DNA from: Opitutia bacterium
GTDB taxonomy: Bacteria; Verrucomicrobiota; Verrucomicrobiia; Opitutales; Opitutaceae
Assembly: GCA_947478395.1 (NCBI GenBank)
Contig: CANJVR010000001.1
Location: 256,001-320,000 of the forward strand
Direction of reading: 5' to 3'
DNA: 64,000 nucleotides
The notes beneath the pieces were generated by a model. It did not search any database and was not told the origin of the DNA. It worked only from the letters and a program-made list of their open reading frames with translations. The position numbers and the translations under genes are program-made. Of the stretch, positions 29,875-39,453 are shown one piece after another. Position 1 is the stretch's first letter. The number at the start of each line of letters is the position of its first letter.

Positions 29875-31110
29875 ATGCGTCTGACCTTTAGTCTGCTCTT
29901 CGCGCTTTTTCCGGTCGCCGTTCAAGCGGCAGTCGTCGGAATGAATCCGCCCGCACCGCCGCTCACGATCGAGCGGATCGCCACGTTGCCGGCCGAACAA
30001 CAGCCGGCGTGGCGCGATTACCTCGTCCGTTCCGAGCGGTCCCTCGCGACCGACGCCCGTTTCTACGCCGAGGAAATAAAATCGGCGGGTCTCAAAGAAC
30101 CGCTCGTTCCGCCCCACGGCGGCGGCCTGAAAATTGATCACAACGCCCCATGGTACGGCACAGAGGAGGCGCGCCGCGTCGCGGAAAACCTGGTCTCGTT
30201 TCAAACTCCCGCTGGCGGTTGGAATAAAAACACCGACATGACCGTTGGACCGCGCCGTACCGGAGAGCGGTCCGGGTACGAAGCCGGCTACATCGGCACC
30301 TTCGACAACGACGCCACGATCACGCCGCTGCGGTTTCTCGCCCACACCATCACGGCCAGCCGTTCACCGGCAACCAACTCCACCATTCGCGCCGCGTTTC
30401 TGCACGGGCTCGACTATGTTTTTGCCGCGCAGTTTCCCAACGGGGGATGGCCCCAAGTCTGGCCGCTGGAAGGCGGTTACCATGACATGGTGACCTTCAA
30501 CGATGGAGCGATGGTCAACATCCTAACGCTGTTGCAAGACATCGCCGCCGGCCGCGACGAATTCTCGTTCGTGCCCAAGGAACTTCGTGCTCGCGCCGCC
30601 GCCAGTTTTGCGCGCGGACTCGACTGCATTCTCGCCACCCAGATCGTCACGGCCGGACGTCGCACCGTGTGGTGCCAGCAACACGACCCGCTGACCCTTG
30701 CGCCCACCTCGGCGCGCAACTACGAGATGCCCGCTCAGGCCGCGGGTGAAAGCGCGGGCATCGCGCTTTTTCTCATGACGCTTCCCACCCCCGATGGTGC
30801 GGTTGTCACGGCGGTCAAATCCGCGGCGAGCTGGTTCGAAAAAACCGTGCTCCATGACGTGCAGTTCAAGCCGACCGGCGATGGCACCGGCCGTCACCTC
30901 AACCCGGTGCCCGGTGCCACGCCGCTGTGGCCGCGTTACAGCGAAATTGGCAGCGACCGTCCGCTCTTTGGCGACCGCGACAAAACCATTCACGACTCCG
31001 TGGAGGAGATTTCAAAGGAACGCCGCGATGGCTACGCTTGGTACGGCGATACCCCCAAACGCGCCCTCGAGCACTTCGCGGCGTGGCGCAAAATGCACGG
31101 CGCGAACTAG
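29875..31110 (+). CDS. pelA: Pectate lyase, PL10 (PelA/Pel-15E family)
   Basis: GGWNKN, TFDNDAT, QFPNGGWPQ, TFNDGAM, WCQQHD, ARNYE and ERRDGYAWY motifs. Confidence 0.92.
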   Translation: MRLTFSLLFALFPVAVQAAVVGMNPPAPPLTIERIATLPAEQQPAWRDYLVRSERSLATDARFYAEEIKSAGLKEPLVPPHGGGLKIDHNAPWYGTEEARRVAENLVSFQTPAGGWNKNTDMTVGPRRTGERSGYEAGYIGTFDNDATITPLRFLAHTITASRSPATNSTIRAAFLHGLDYVFAAQFPNGGWPQVWPLEGGYHDMVTFNDGAMVNILTLLQDIAAGRDEFSFVPKELRARAAASFARGLDCILATQIVTAGRRTVWCQQHDPLTLAPTSARNYEMPAQAAGESAGIALFLMTLPTPDGAVVTAVKSAASWFEKTVLHDVQFKPTGDGTGRHLNPVPGATPLWPRYSEIGSDRPLFGDRDKTIHDSVEEISKERRDGYAWYGDTPKRALEHFAAWRKMHGAN

Positions 31111-31247
31111 AGCGGTTTGAATTTTTCCGCGGCCGTGTAGCGTAGCGGTAGGCGTCTCTGCCTGCCGGTTTCGGCGTCATCGTTTCGGCAGGCAGGGACG
31201 CCTGCCGCTACGTCGCCAACGGTTAGGCTTTCGGTTAAACCGCTCGA
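31108..31247. repeat. REP family A element, copy 3, with TAGAGCGGTTT..AAACCGCTCGA ends
   Basis: Terminal inverted repeat starts at the pelA TAG stop; GTAG-REP pair inside. Confidence 0.8.
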
Positions 31248-31297
31248 GTTTTCTCCAGAGGCACCGTGGCGCGGCGTGACGTTGGTGCCGTTTCAAC

Positions 31298-31750
31298 TCA
31301 CGGCACCAGCATGAGCCCGACAGGGATCTGGTCGCTGCGTCGTTTATTGTAATCGAGGAGGCTTTCTCCCCAGCCGTTGAAATACTGCAGCTGGAGGCGC
31401 CCGCCCGAGCCTCTGAGCAAATCCTCAAACGCCCACGAAGCGTTCAACTCCATGCTGCCTTAACCCGAGCCCGCGCCTTTGCGCAGGTAGGCGGTGAACT
31501 TAAAATCGTCGCTAGGCTCGGCGCTGATCAGCCATTCGACGTAACCACGATAGCGGGACAGATCGGGATTTTCATCCTTGTTGAGATAAGCGATCGCGCG
31601 GGGAGCGACCGAGAACTCCCAGTTGCGCCACTTGAGCCACGACGCGATGGGCTGCACGTAAATCGAATTAAAGCGACGCGAGGTCTTGACGGACTGCCCG
31701 TTGGATTCGTGCTGGGCGCCGGCTTGCAAGCCCAGCCGATCGATCCACGC
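31298..31750 (-). pseudogene. pldA: Outer-membrane phospholipase A (OMPLA) 3' fragment
   Basis: HESNG, ENPDLSRYRGY, in-frame TAA at 31460-31462, then LQYFNGWGESLLDYN..VGLMLVP*; 5' half missing. Confidence 0.8.
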
Positions 31751-31770
31751 CGGCTACAAGCCGGGCCAGT

Positions 31771-32178
31771 TCATGAGCTGACCGCGCTGCGGGCGTTGCA
31801 GGCGGCGCCCGCGAGATGACCGAGCCACACGGCGACGAGGCAGAGACCGACTGAACCGGCCACATTGCCGCCAGCGCGCAGCCACGCGCCCGCGCGCGCC
31901 AGTTCCAAAGTCTGCAAGCTAAACGAAGAAAACGTGGTGAACCCACCGAGCACCCCGGTCATGAAAAAATGCCGACCCGTGGCGGCCACCGGCGCCCGGC
32001 CGGTGGGCGCCGTCAGCGCAGAAAAAAAACCGATCACAAAGCAGCCGGCGACATTCACCAGCAGCGTACCCCAAGGGAAATGCTCGCCCCACTCCCGCGC
32101 CACCCAGCCGGCGAGCGCGAACCGCGCGACGCTGCCCAACGCGCCACCGAGTGCGATCCAACCGTAGAGTGCGATCAT
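31771..32178 (-). CDS. crcB: Fluoride efflux channel FluC/CrcB
   Basis: GGALGSVARF, FPWGTLLVNVAGCF and GVLGGFTTFSSF motifs. Confidence 0.95.
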   Translation of the reverse strand: MIALYGWIALGGALGSVARFALAGWVAREWGEHFPWGTLLVNVAGCFVIGFFSALTAPTGRAPVAATGRHFFMTGVLGGFTTFSSFSLQTLELARAGAWLRAGGNVAGSVGLCLVAVWLGHLAGAACNARSAVSS

Positions 32179-32301
32179 GGGAATGTGTGGCGGAGACAAT
32201 GGATATTTTTCACCGGCTAAAGCTTCAAATCGCGTCCGGTTATCAGCCGGGATTTCAGCTTTGCGGTCCCATCCGCGACCCGCAATCTCCCGCGAATACT
32301 T

Positions 32302-33834
32302 ATGAGCTCTTCCCCGGCTTCCCCGCTGCCCTCGGATCTTTCCCCCGTTCCCACCCTCTCGCCCCACGACACCGGCGGCCTCGGCGGTCACCCGCGTGGA
32401 CTCACCAACCTTTTTTTCACCGAGATGTGGGAGCGCTTTTCCTATTACGGAATGCGCGCGCTGCTCACGCTATTCATGGTCGCGCCCGCCGCGGCCGGCG
32501 GACTCGGGTACGACACAAAACGCGCCACGTTGATCTACGGCACGTACACGATGACCGTCTACATGCTGTCGATCCCGGGTGGGTTCCTGGCCGATAATTT
32601 TCTCGGGGCGCGCGCATCGGTGCTTTACGGCGGCTTGGTCATCGCAGCCGGACATTTCACCTTAGCCCTGCAATCGGAGAGCGCCTTTTATCTCGGCCTC
32701 GTGCTCATCGCGCTCGGCACCGGATTATTGAAGCCCAACATCAGCTCCATGGTCGGCAGTCTGTATGGCAACGGCGACCCGCGCCGCGACGCAGGCTTCT
32801 CGATTTTCTACATGGGAATCAACCTCGGGGCTTTCAGCTCGCCGCTCCTCACCGGCTGGCTCGCGCAGAGCGACCAGTTCAAGGTCATGCTCACGGGCTG
32901 GGGTCTCGACCCCAATCACTCGTGGCATTGGGGCTTCGCCGCCGCCGGCGTGGGGATGACCTGTGGCATCGTCATCTACATCCTGCAACTCGGCCGGCTC
33001 GCGCACGTCGGCCTCGCGCCCGCGCGGGACATTCCCCGGCCGTGGGGCAAATTGCTGGGCGTTCTCTTGGGGGCCGCGATTCTTTTCGCCCTCGTCCGGC
33101 TGTCCGACACCAACAAAAATTTCGCGTGGATCCGCTACGGTTATGTCGTGGTACCGGTGCTGGCGATCATTTGGCTGGGGCTAAAGGCCGACCTCGATAG
33201 CAAACGACTGGCCGCCGTCTTCGTGTTCGCCCTCGCGGCGATTATTTTCTGGGCGATCTTCGAACAGGCGGGCTCAACGATTTCCCTGTTCGGCGACCAA
33301 CTCACGAACTGCGAGTTTTTCGGCTATAAATTTCCCTCGGCCTGGTTCCAGTCGGTCAATTCCCTCTTCGTGATATTGCTCGCACCGCTGTTCGCCTGGC
33401 TCTGGGTGCGAATGGGCGACCGGCAGCCTTCCGCTCCGATCAAATTCACCCTTGGCCTCGTGTTTCTTGGCCTCTCGTTCGTGCTGATGGTGCCAGCCGC
33501 CAAACTCACGGTCGACGGCAAGGTTAGTCCGTTGTGGATCGTCGGCCTCTTTTTTCTGCAAACCGTGGGCGAGCTGATGCTGAGTCCGGTCGGCCTCTCG
33601 ACGATGACCAAACTCGCGCCGGCCAAGCTACTCGGTCTCGTCATGGGCATCTGGTTTCTCGCTGCGGCCTTGGGAAACAAACTGGCCGGCGTACTCGCCG
33701 CGGAGTTTACCTCCACCGACGGCAACGCCCTCGCCCACTTTTTTCTCGTCCAAGCCGCCTGGGTCGGGGTCGCCACCCTCGTGTTGCTCGCTTTCGCACC
33801 CTGGGTGAAAAAATTGATGGGCGGCGTGAAATAA
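32302..33834 (+). CDS. POT/PTR proton-dependent peptide transporter (MFS)
   Basis: GHPRGL..LFFTEMWERFSYYGMR, GTGLLKPNIS and FYMGINLG motifs. Confidence 0.95.
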   Translation: MSSSPASPLPSDLSPVPTLSPHDTGGLGGHPRGLTNLFFTEMWERFSYYGMRALLTLFMVAPAAAGGLGYDTKRATLIYGTYTMTVYMLSIPGGFLADNFLGARASVLYGGLVIAAGHFTLALQSESAFYLGLVLIALGTGLLKPNISSMVGSLYGNGDPRRDAGFSIFYMGINLGAFSSPLLTGWLAQSDQFKVMLTGWGLDPNHSWHWGFAAAGVGMTCGIVIYILQLGRLAHVGLAPARDIPRPWGKLLGVLLGAAILFALVRLSDTNKNFAWIRYGYVVVPVLAIIWLGLKADLDSKRLAAVFVFALAAIIFWAIFEQAGSTISLFGDQLTNCEFFGYKFPSAWFQSVNSLFVILLAPLFAWLWVRMGDRQPSAPIKFTLGLVFLGLSFVLMVPAAKLTVDGKVSPLWIVGLFFLQTVGELMLSPVGLSTMTKLAPAKLLGLVMGIWFLAAALGNKLAGVLAAEFTSTDGNALAHFFLVQAAWVGVATLVLLAFAPWVKKLMGGVK

Positions 33835-33844
33835 CCTCTAGCCC

Positions 33845-34462
33845 ATGCCTGTCCGCACCTGGTTTCCCACTCAGATTTATTGCGAGCCGCTTCAGCCCAC
33901 GGGTCTGGAGAAGCTCAACGCGAGCCTCCGCGAGGAATGTCGTCAGTTGCGTGAATTCGACACCGCCGGCCGGCGGTGGTCGGAGAAAAATTATCCGGGC
34001 GGGTACACGAGCTACGCCTCGATGAACGAGCTGCACCGTTTCTCCAGCACGTTCACCGTGCTGGAAAAGAAGCTGCTGCGGCACGCACGCGCGTTCGCCA
34101 AAACGCTCGAACTGGATTTGCGCGGACGCAAAATTTTCATGACCGACTGTTGGGTGAACATCATGCCGCCGGCCGCAGCGCATTCCCTGCACTTGCACCC
34201 GCTCGCGTTTATCAGCGGCACGTACTACGTCGCGACGCCCGAAGGTTGTCCCGGTTTGAAATTCGAAGATCCGCGCCTCGATCGATTCATGGCCGCACCG
34301 CCACGTCGCACTGATGCGAAGCCGATGCACCGGGCCCATATCACCTATCCCGCGGTCGCCGGTAACGTGATTCTCTTCGAGAGCTGGCTGCGCCACGAGG
34401 TAGTGGCCAATCGCGTGGACGCAGAGCGTATCAGTATCAGTTTCAATTTTAATTGGAGCTGA
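33845..34462 (+). CDS. TIGR02466-like 2OG-Fe(II) oxygenase family protein
   Basis: GYTSY, WVN, HLHP...SGTYY, FESWLRHEV and RISISFN motifs. Confidence 0.85.
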   Translation: MPVRTWFPTQIYCEPLQPTGLEKLNASLREECRQLREFDTAGRRWSEKNYPGGYTSYASMNELHRFSSTFTVLEKKLLRHARAFAKTLELDLRGRKIFMTDCWVNIMPPAAAHSLHLHPLAFISGTYYVATPEGCPGLKFEDPRLDRFMAAPPRRTDAKPMHRAHITYPAVAGNVILFESWLRHEVVANRVDAERISISFNFNWS

Positions 34463-34500
34463 GCGGTGGCAAATCCCGCCCTGGCGTCTACTCTTCGCGC

Positions 34501-34707
34501 ATGATCGTCATTCGCCGCATGGTCGACCGAGAGCGGGCCTATACTGCGATTTTCCTACCGGGAGAACCCGCGAAGATTTTCCCCACCACGGACTACGAGC
34601 ACGCCCGCATTCTCCAAATCTACAAACAGGACCGGCTGCACGCGGGCATCCACAACGACTTTACCGACCTCAATTTCGACGAGCTCCGCCGGCTTTCATC
34701 ATCCTGA
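34501..34707 (+). CDS. Small hypothetical protein (68 aa)
   Basis: MIVIRRMVD...HARILQIYKQDR; protein-like and co-directional with upstream genes. Confidence 0.65.
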   Translation: MIVIRRMVDRERAYTAIFLPGEPAKIFPTTDYEHARILQIYKQDRLHAGIHNDFTDLNFDELRRLSSS

Positions 34708-35184
34708 AAAGAAAACCCGCTGCAGGGTCAGCTGCGGCATGAACACGTCTGCTCCGGGTTACCCCGCGGCTCGCTCGGAGTGACGTCAACGACTTCGGCC
34801 GGACAGCGCCGATGCTTCGATGGCTCGACCACCGCGACCTGCGTCGAAGCCGGCTCACCGGTTACCACGGACACGCTGCGGACCACCGTCCCTGGAATTG
34901 AAATGGCCCTGAATGCAGGGCCGTAGGCAACGGGACGGAAAATCCGATGCATGGGCCAAACTGACACCGGCCACCGCCAGCGAAATAGACCCGCGCAGGA
35001 TTTAGGCTTTCATGTCACCTCGCACGAGTCGGACCGGGCGCGGACGTTTATTATTTCTGCACGAAGGCGCTAAGTTTTATCCTGGAAGTTTTTCAGGGCA
35101 TTTCGCCGGCCGCTGTGCAGTGGGCAATGACGTCGATTAACTTCCGACTTCCTCCCTGCCGTTCGCCCAGACTAACCTTGAGGC

Positions 35185-35613
35185 GTGTCCCCGCCCGCGC
35201 ACCCCGAACCCGAGCTGAAGCGCCGTAGCTTCAAAAACTTTCTGTCCTCGGTGCGATATTCCATCGAAGGTTTTTTTGCCGCGCTAAAACACGAGCCTTC
35301 ATTCCGGGAAGATCTGATCTTTGCCGTTCTGCTCGTACCGCTCGCCATCGTCCTGCCCGTAAACGCCGTTTCTACCGCGCTGATGATCGCGTCGCTCATT
35401 CTCATTCTGATCGTCGAGTTGCTCAACTCCGCCATCGAATGGGTCATCGATTACATCCGCCCGGAAATCCATCCGCTCGCAAAACGCATTAAAGATATGG
35501 CCAGCGCCGCGGTCTTCCTGAGCTACATCAACTGCATCGTCGTCTGGGTGATCCTGCTTTGGCCCGACAACAAAGTCTGGCATCGGATCGGCGAAATGCT
35601 GCTCACCCGATAA
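35185..35613 (+). CDS. dgkA: Prokaryotic diacylglycerol kinase
   Basis: YSIEG...E.SFR, VELLNSAIE and HPLAKRIKDMASAAV motifs. Confidence 0.92.
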   Translation: MSPPAHPEPELKRRSFKNFLSSVRYSIEGFFAALKHEPSFREDLIFAVLLVPLAIVLPVNAVSTALMIASLILILIVELLNSAIEWVIDYIRPEIHPLAKRIKDMASAAVFLSYINCIVVWVILLWPDNKVWHRIGEMLLTR

Positions 35614-35633
35614 GTCACAGCCACCGCGCGCCG

Positions 35634-36749
35634 TCACCTCATCCGCGCGAAAAACCAACCGGCCAACGCCGTCATTCCGATGTTCGGCAGCCAGGCCGCG
35701 ACCGCCGGTTCCAATAGCTGTTTTGTCGCCAGCGAACCCGCGATGTTGGCCAGCACGTAGTAGAGGAAAAACAATCCGATCGACTTCGACACGCCGACGG
35801 CCGGGTTCACCCGCACGCCGGCCACCGCGAAGGGAATCGCGATCGCGATGACGATCAGCGGGCCGAGCGTATCCGCGATCAGGCTAAAATAGCGCACTGC
35901 GTACGGGACGCCCTTGGGATTCCGTTCCGCCTCGAAATAGTCGATCAAGCGGGAGAGTTCGTGAAACGAAAGATCGATGGGCCGCCGGTCGACCAAAAGC
36001 ATCAGCTCCGGGTCCTCCGAAAATTTCCCCTCAAAGCGATCTTCAAACGGAGTCGACGCCAGGTTCTCGCCGGTTTCCGGGGCAAACGTCATCAAACGTC
36101 CCCGCTTAAAGATCCATCCTCGGCGTTCCCGATCGAACCAAGCCTCCGCCGCCAATAGGCGCGTCGTTTCCCGTCGCTTGGCATCGAGCTGGGAAACCGA
36201 CACCCCGTAACCGTGATCCGTGAACTTGCTGAAGCGGTTGAAAAACCACATCCGCCGTGCCCCGGTATTATCGAAGGCCACGGCCCCGGTGGCGCCGATG
36301 CGATCAGGCGGGAGCGAGCCTTTCGATTCGTGACCGAATTTTAGCTGTTCCTCCATGGCTTGCGAACGCTCAACCGAGGTCGGCACGATGTCGGTGTTGA
36401 GCCACCAGGAAAGCCCGCAACAGCCCAGTCCCACGATCCAGATCGGAGCCATCAAGCGGCCATAGCCCACGCCGGCGGCGCGCATGGCCGTGAGTTCGTT
36501 GGCCCGCTGTAGCTTGCCGAGGGTGAATAGAACCGAAACGAGCAGCGCAAACGGCAGCGCCACCGCCAAAAAACTAGGCAACGTCACCGCGACGTACTCC
36601 CAAAGCACCACGCCACGCGCGCCGTTGTCACGTAGCACTTGGAACTTATCGTACAGGACCTGAACCACCAGCAAGCCACAGGTCGCCAGCAGGACAAACG
36701 CGAGAATTTGCAGCCACTCGCGCAACAGATGCCGGTCGAACGTGTTCAC
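35634..36749 (-). CDS. LptF/LptG family LPS export permease
   Basis: FDRHLLRE and NELTAMRAAGV motifs; C-terminal AAWLPN; 3 TM + periplasmic domain + 3 TM. Confidence 0.88.
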   Translation of the reverse strand: MNTFDRHLLREWLQILAFVLLATCGLLVVQVLYDKFQVLRDNGARGVVLWEYVAVTLPSFLAVALPFALLVSVLFTLGKLQRANELTAMRAAGVGYGRLMAPIWIVGLGCCGLSWWLNTDIVPTSVERSQAMEEQLKFGHESKGSLPPDRIGATGAVAFDNTGARRMWFFNRFSKFTDHGYGVSVSQLDAKRRETTRLLAAEAWFDRERRGWIFKRGRLMTFAPETGENLASTPFEDRFEGKFSEDPELMLLVDRRPIDLSFHELSRLIDYFEAERNPKGVPYAVRYFSLIADTLGPLIVIAIAIPFAVAGVRVNPAVGVSKSIGLFFLYYVLANIAGSLATKQLLEPAVAAWLPNIGMTALAGWFFARMR

Positions 36750-36909
36750 TGGCCCCGAGCAAGCCGCCTCGCGCAAACAGGGCAATTTATTTGTGGTCGC
36801 GTATCGATCCCATCGCTGACGCGCCGGATGTTTTATCATCGCCGTCACAGATTGGTTGAAAACCTGCTGCCCGTTGCGTTGTCTGCCGCGCACCCAAGCC
36901 GCTATTCTT

Positions 36910-38088
36910 ATGCAATCTCTTCGTCCGTTGACTTTTCACGCCGCCGTTCTCGGAGCGGTTCAATCGGCCGCACTGGCCTGCCTTTTTGCCTCCCTATTTT
37001 CAGGCTGCTCAAAAACAAATTCTCCGGACCAGGCCATCAAAATTGGTGAAGTCGCCTCGCTCACCGGGAAGGAGGCCGCGTTCGGCCAATCCTCGCACAA
37101 AGGCACCCTCCTCGCGATTGAGGAAATCAATGCCGGGGCGGGCGCCCTGGGGCGCAAACTCGAACTCATCGCGGAGGACAATCAATCCAAGCAGGGCGAG
37201 TCGGCCACGATCACGAAGAAATTGTTGTCCCGCGACAAGGTCGTGGCCCTCCTCGGCGAAGTGGCGTCGAGCCGCTCCTTGGAAATGGCGCCCATTGCCC
37301 AGGCGGCCAAAATTCCGATGATTTCGCCCTCTTCGACCAACCCCAAGGTCACCGAGATCGGCGATTATATCTTCCGTGTCTGCTTCATCGATCCGTTCCA
37401 GGGCACCGTCATGGCCAAGTTCGCCTTGGGCACACTCAAGGCGAAGAAGGTCGCGTTGCTCACGTCTGTTTCCTCCGCGTACAGTGTGGGTCTCGCCAAA
37501 TATTTCAAAGAGACGTTTATCGCCGACGGCGGCACGGTCGCGATCGAGCAAAAGTTCTCCGAGGGCGACAAGGATTTCAAGGCCCAGCTCACGGCCATCA
37601 AAGCCGCCGGCGTCGATGCCATCTTCGTTCCCGGCTACTACACCGAAGCGGCGCTCGTTTCCAAACAAGCCCGGGAGCTTGGCCTCTCCATTCCACTCTT
37701 CGGCGGCGATGGCTGGGAAGCACCGCAACTCATCGAGATCGGCGGAAAGGCCGTCGAGGGCACGTACTACTCCACCCATTACTCTCCGGAAAACAAAACC
37801 CCCGCCGTCGCCGCATTCGTCAAAAAATTTCAGGCCCGTTGGGGCGGCGAAACGCCCGATGCCATGGCCGCCCTCGGCTACGATTCCGCGCTGGTGCTCG
37901 TCGACGCGCTCAAACGCGCTGGCTCAACCGATAGCGAAAAACTCCGCGCTGCCATCGCCGCGACGAAGGGTTTCGAGGGCGTCACCGGCAAAACCAACAT
38001 CGACGCCCAGCGCAATGCCTCGAAATCCGCCGTCATCATCACGGTCAAGGATGGCAGCTTTAAATTCCTCCAGGAAGTCGCGCCGTAG
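36910..38088 (+). CDS. livK: Branched-chain amino acid ABC transporter substrate-binding lipoprotein
   Basis: IKIG..SLTG..AAFG, EEINA, FRVCFIDPFQG, DFKAQLT and ALGYD motifs. Confidence 0.9.
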   Translation: MQSLRPLTFHAAVLGAVQSAALACLFASLFSGCSKTNSPDQAIKIGEVASLTGKEAAFGQSSHKGTLLAIEEINAGAGALGRKLELIAEDNQSKQGESATITKKLLSRDKVVALLGEVASSRSLEMAPIAQAAKIPMISPSSTNPKVTEIGDYIFRVCFIDPFQGTVMAKFALGTLKAKKVALLTSVSSAYSVGLAKYFKETFIADGGTVAIEQKFSEGDKDFKAQLTAIKAAGVDAIFVPGYYTEAALVSKQARELGLSIPLFGGDGWEAPQLIEIGGKAVEGTYYSTHYSPENKTPAVAAFVKKFQARWGGETPDAMAALGYDSALVLVDALKRAGSTDSEKLRAAIAATKGFEGVTGKTNIDAQRNASKSAVIITVKDGSFKFLQEVAP

Positions 38089-38100
38089 GGCGCCACGGCC

Positions 38101-38128
38101 GAGAGCCCAGCGTGGAGAGCCCAGAGCC
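38101..38128. repeat. 7-bp repeat array (nAGAGCC) left of the four-helix-bundle gene
   Basis: gagagcc-cagcgtg-gagagcc-cagagcc. Confidence 0.7.
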
Positions 38129-38142
38129 AACCCCTTACCAAC

Positions 38143-38490
38143 GTGTTTAAGTTCGAAAAGCTCGCGGTCTGGCAGAAAGCGATCGTTTTCTCCGAAAACG
38201 TTTACACAAAATCGAAGCCGTCTCCCATGGAAGAACGCTTCGGGCTGACCAACCAAATCCGACGCGCCGTGGTTTCCGTTCCATCAAACATTGCGGAAGG
38301 CTCCGTCCGTCCCGATCCCGATTTCAATCGGTTTCTCGGGATCGCCGCTGGTTCGCTTTACGAGGTCGTGACTCAGTCCTTCGCGGCAAAGCGCCCAGGC
38401 TTCCTCCACGAAACCGACTTCGCAGAAATTTACTCTTCGGCGGAGGAGATCAGCGGCATGTTAAGCGGACTCCGTAGTTCTCTCGGCTAA
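38143..38490 (+). CDS. Four helix bundle protein (23S rRNA IVP/TIGR02436 family)
   Basis: FEKLAVWQKA, EERFGLTNQIRRAVVSVPSNIAEG and FLGIAAGSLYEV motifs. Confidence 0.92.
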   Translation: MFKFEKLAVWQKAIVFSENVYTKSKPSPMEERFGLTNQIRRAVVSVPSNIAEGSVRPDPDFNRFLGIAAGSLYEVVTQSFAAKRPGFLHETDFAEIYSSAEEISGMLSGLRSSLG

Positions 38491-38492
38491 TT

Positions 38493-38520
38493 CGCTCTAG
38501 ACTCTCGGCTCTACGCTTTC
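38493..38520. repeat. Inverted 7-bp repeat array (GGCTCTn) right of the four-helix-bundle gene
   Basis: cgctcta-gactctc-ggctcta-cgctttc. Confidence 0.7.
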
Positions 38521-38525
38521 CTCCC

Positions 38526-39416
38526 TTGTCCGAATTTCTCCAGCAGCTCCTCAACGGTCTATCTCTGGGCGCAATCTACGCGCTCATCGCGCTAGGCTAC
38601 ACGATGGTCTACGGGGTGCTGCGGTTTATTAACTTCGCCCACTCCGATGTTTTCATGGTTGGCGCATTCATCGGCTATTACCTCGGTAAGCTCGTGCCGG
38701 AGGGCACACTGTGGGGCGGGTTGGCGGTTCTGGCCGGCGCGATGCTAGGCTGCGCCGTTCTCGGTATAATCATCGAACGCTTGGTTTATCGGCCCCTGCG
38801 CGGCGGCCCCACCCTGAATGTCCTGATCACCGCCATCGGCGTGTCGCTCCTGCTGGAGTACACGGGGCAGATCGTGTTCGGCGCCGCGCCGCGCACGTTT
38901 CCCGCGATCTTTCCGGCGACGGCGGTTCACCTTGGGACGCTGACGATTTCAAGCAATCAGCTCTTTGTCATCGGCGTCGCGTTGGCGCTCATGATCGCCC
39001 TGCAATTGATCGTATTCAAAACGAAGATCGGCACCGCGATGCGGGCCGTGTCGCTCAACCCAAAGGCGGCCCAACTCGTCGGCGTGAACAACAACGTGAT
39101 CATCTCGTTCACCTTCGGTCTCGGCTCCGCCCTCGCTGCGGCCGGGGGCATTCTCTACGCGCTCAACTATCCGTCGATCGATCCTCTGATGGGCGTGATG
39201 CCCGGCCTCAAGGCGTTCGTCGCCGCCATCCTCGGTGGCATCGGCAACATCCCCGGCGCGGCCCTCGGCGGGTTGCTGCTCGGCATCGTCGAAACCTTCG
39301 TCGCGGGCAGCCAGTTTTCCACCTACAAAGACGCCATCGCCTTCGCGATTCTCATTATGATCCTGCTTTTCAAACCGGCTGGACTCCTCGGGAAATTCAC
39401 CGTGGAAAAGGTGTGA
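38526..39416 (+). CDS. livH: Branched-chain amino acid ABC permease
   Basis: QQLLNGLSLGAIYALIALGYTMVYG..INFAH and KAFVAAILGGIGN motifs. Confidence 0.93.
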   Translation: MSEFLQQLLNGLSLGAIYALIALGYTMVYGVLRFINFAHSDVFMVGAFIGYYLGKLVPEGTLWGGLAVLAGAMLGCAVLGIIIERLVYRPLRGGPTLNVLITAIGVSLLLEYTGQIVFGAAPRTFPAIFPATAVHLGTLTISSNQLFVIGVALALMIALQLIVFKTKIGTAMRAVSLNPKAAQLVGVNNNVIISFTFGLGSALAAAGGILYALNYPSIDPLMGVMPGLKAFVAAILGGIGNIPGAALGGLLLGIVETFVAGSQFSTYKDAIAFAILIMILLFKPAGLLGKFTVEKV

Positions 39417-39453
39417 GCCCGATCATCGATCCCGGTTACCCTCTCTTCTCCCC

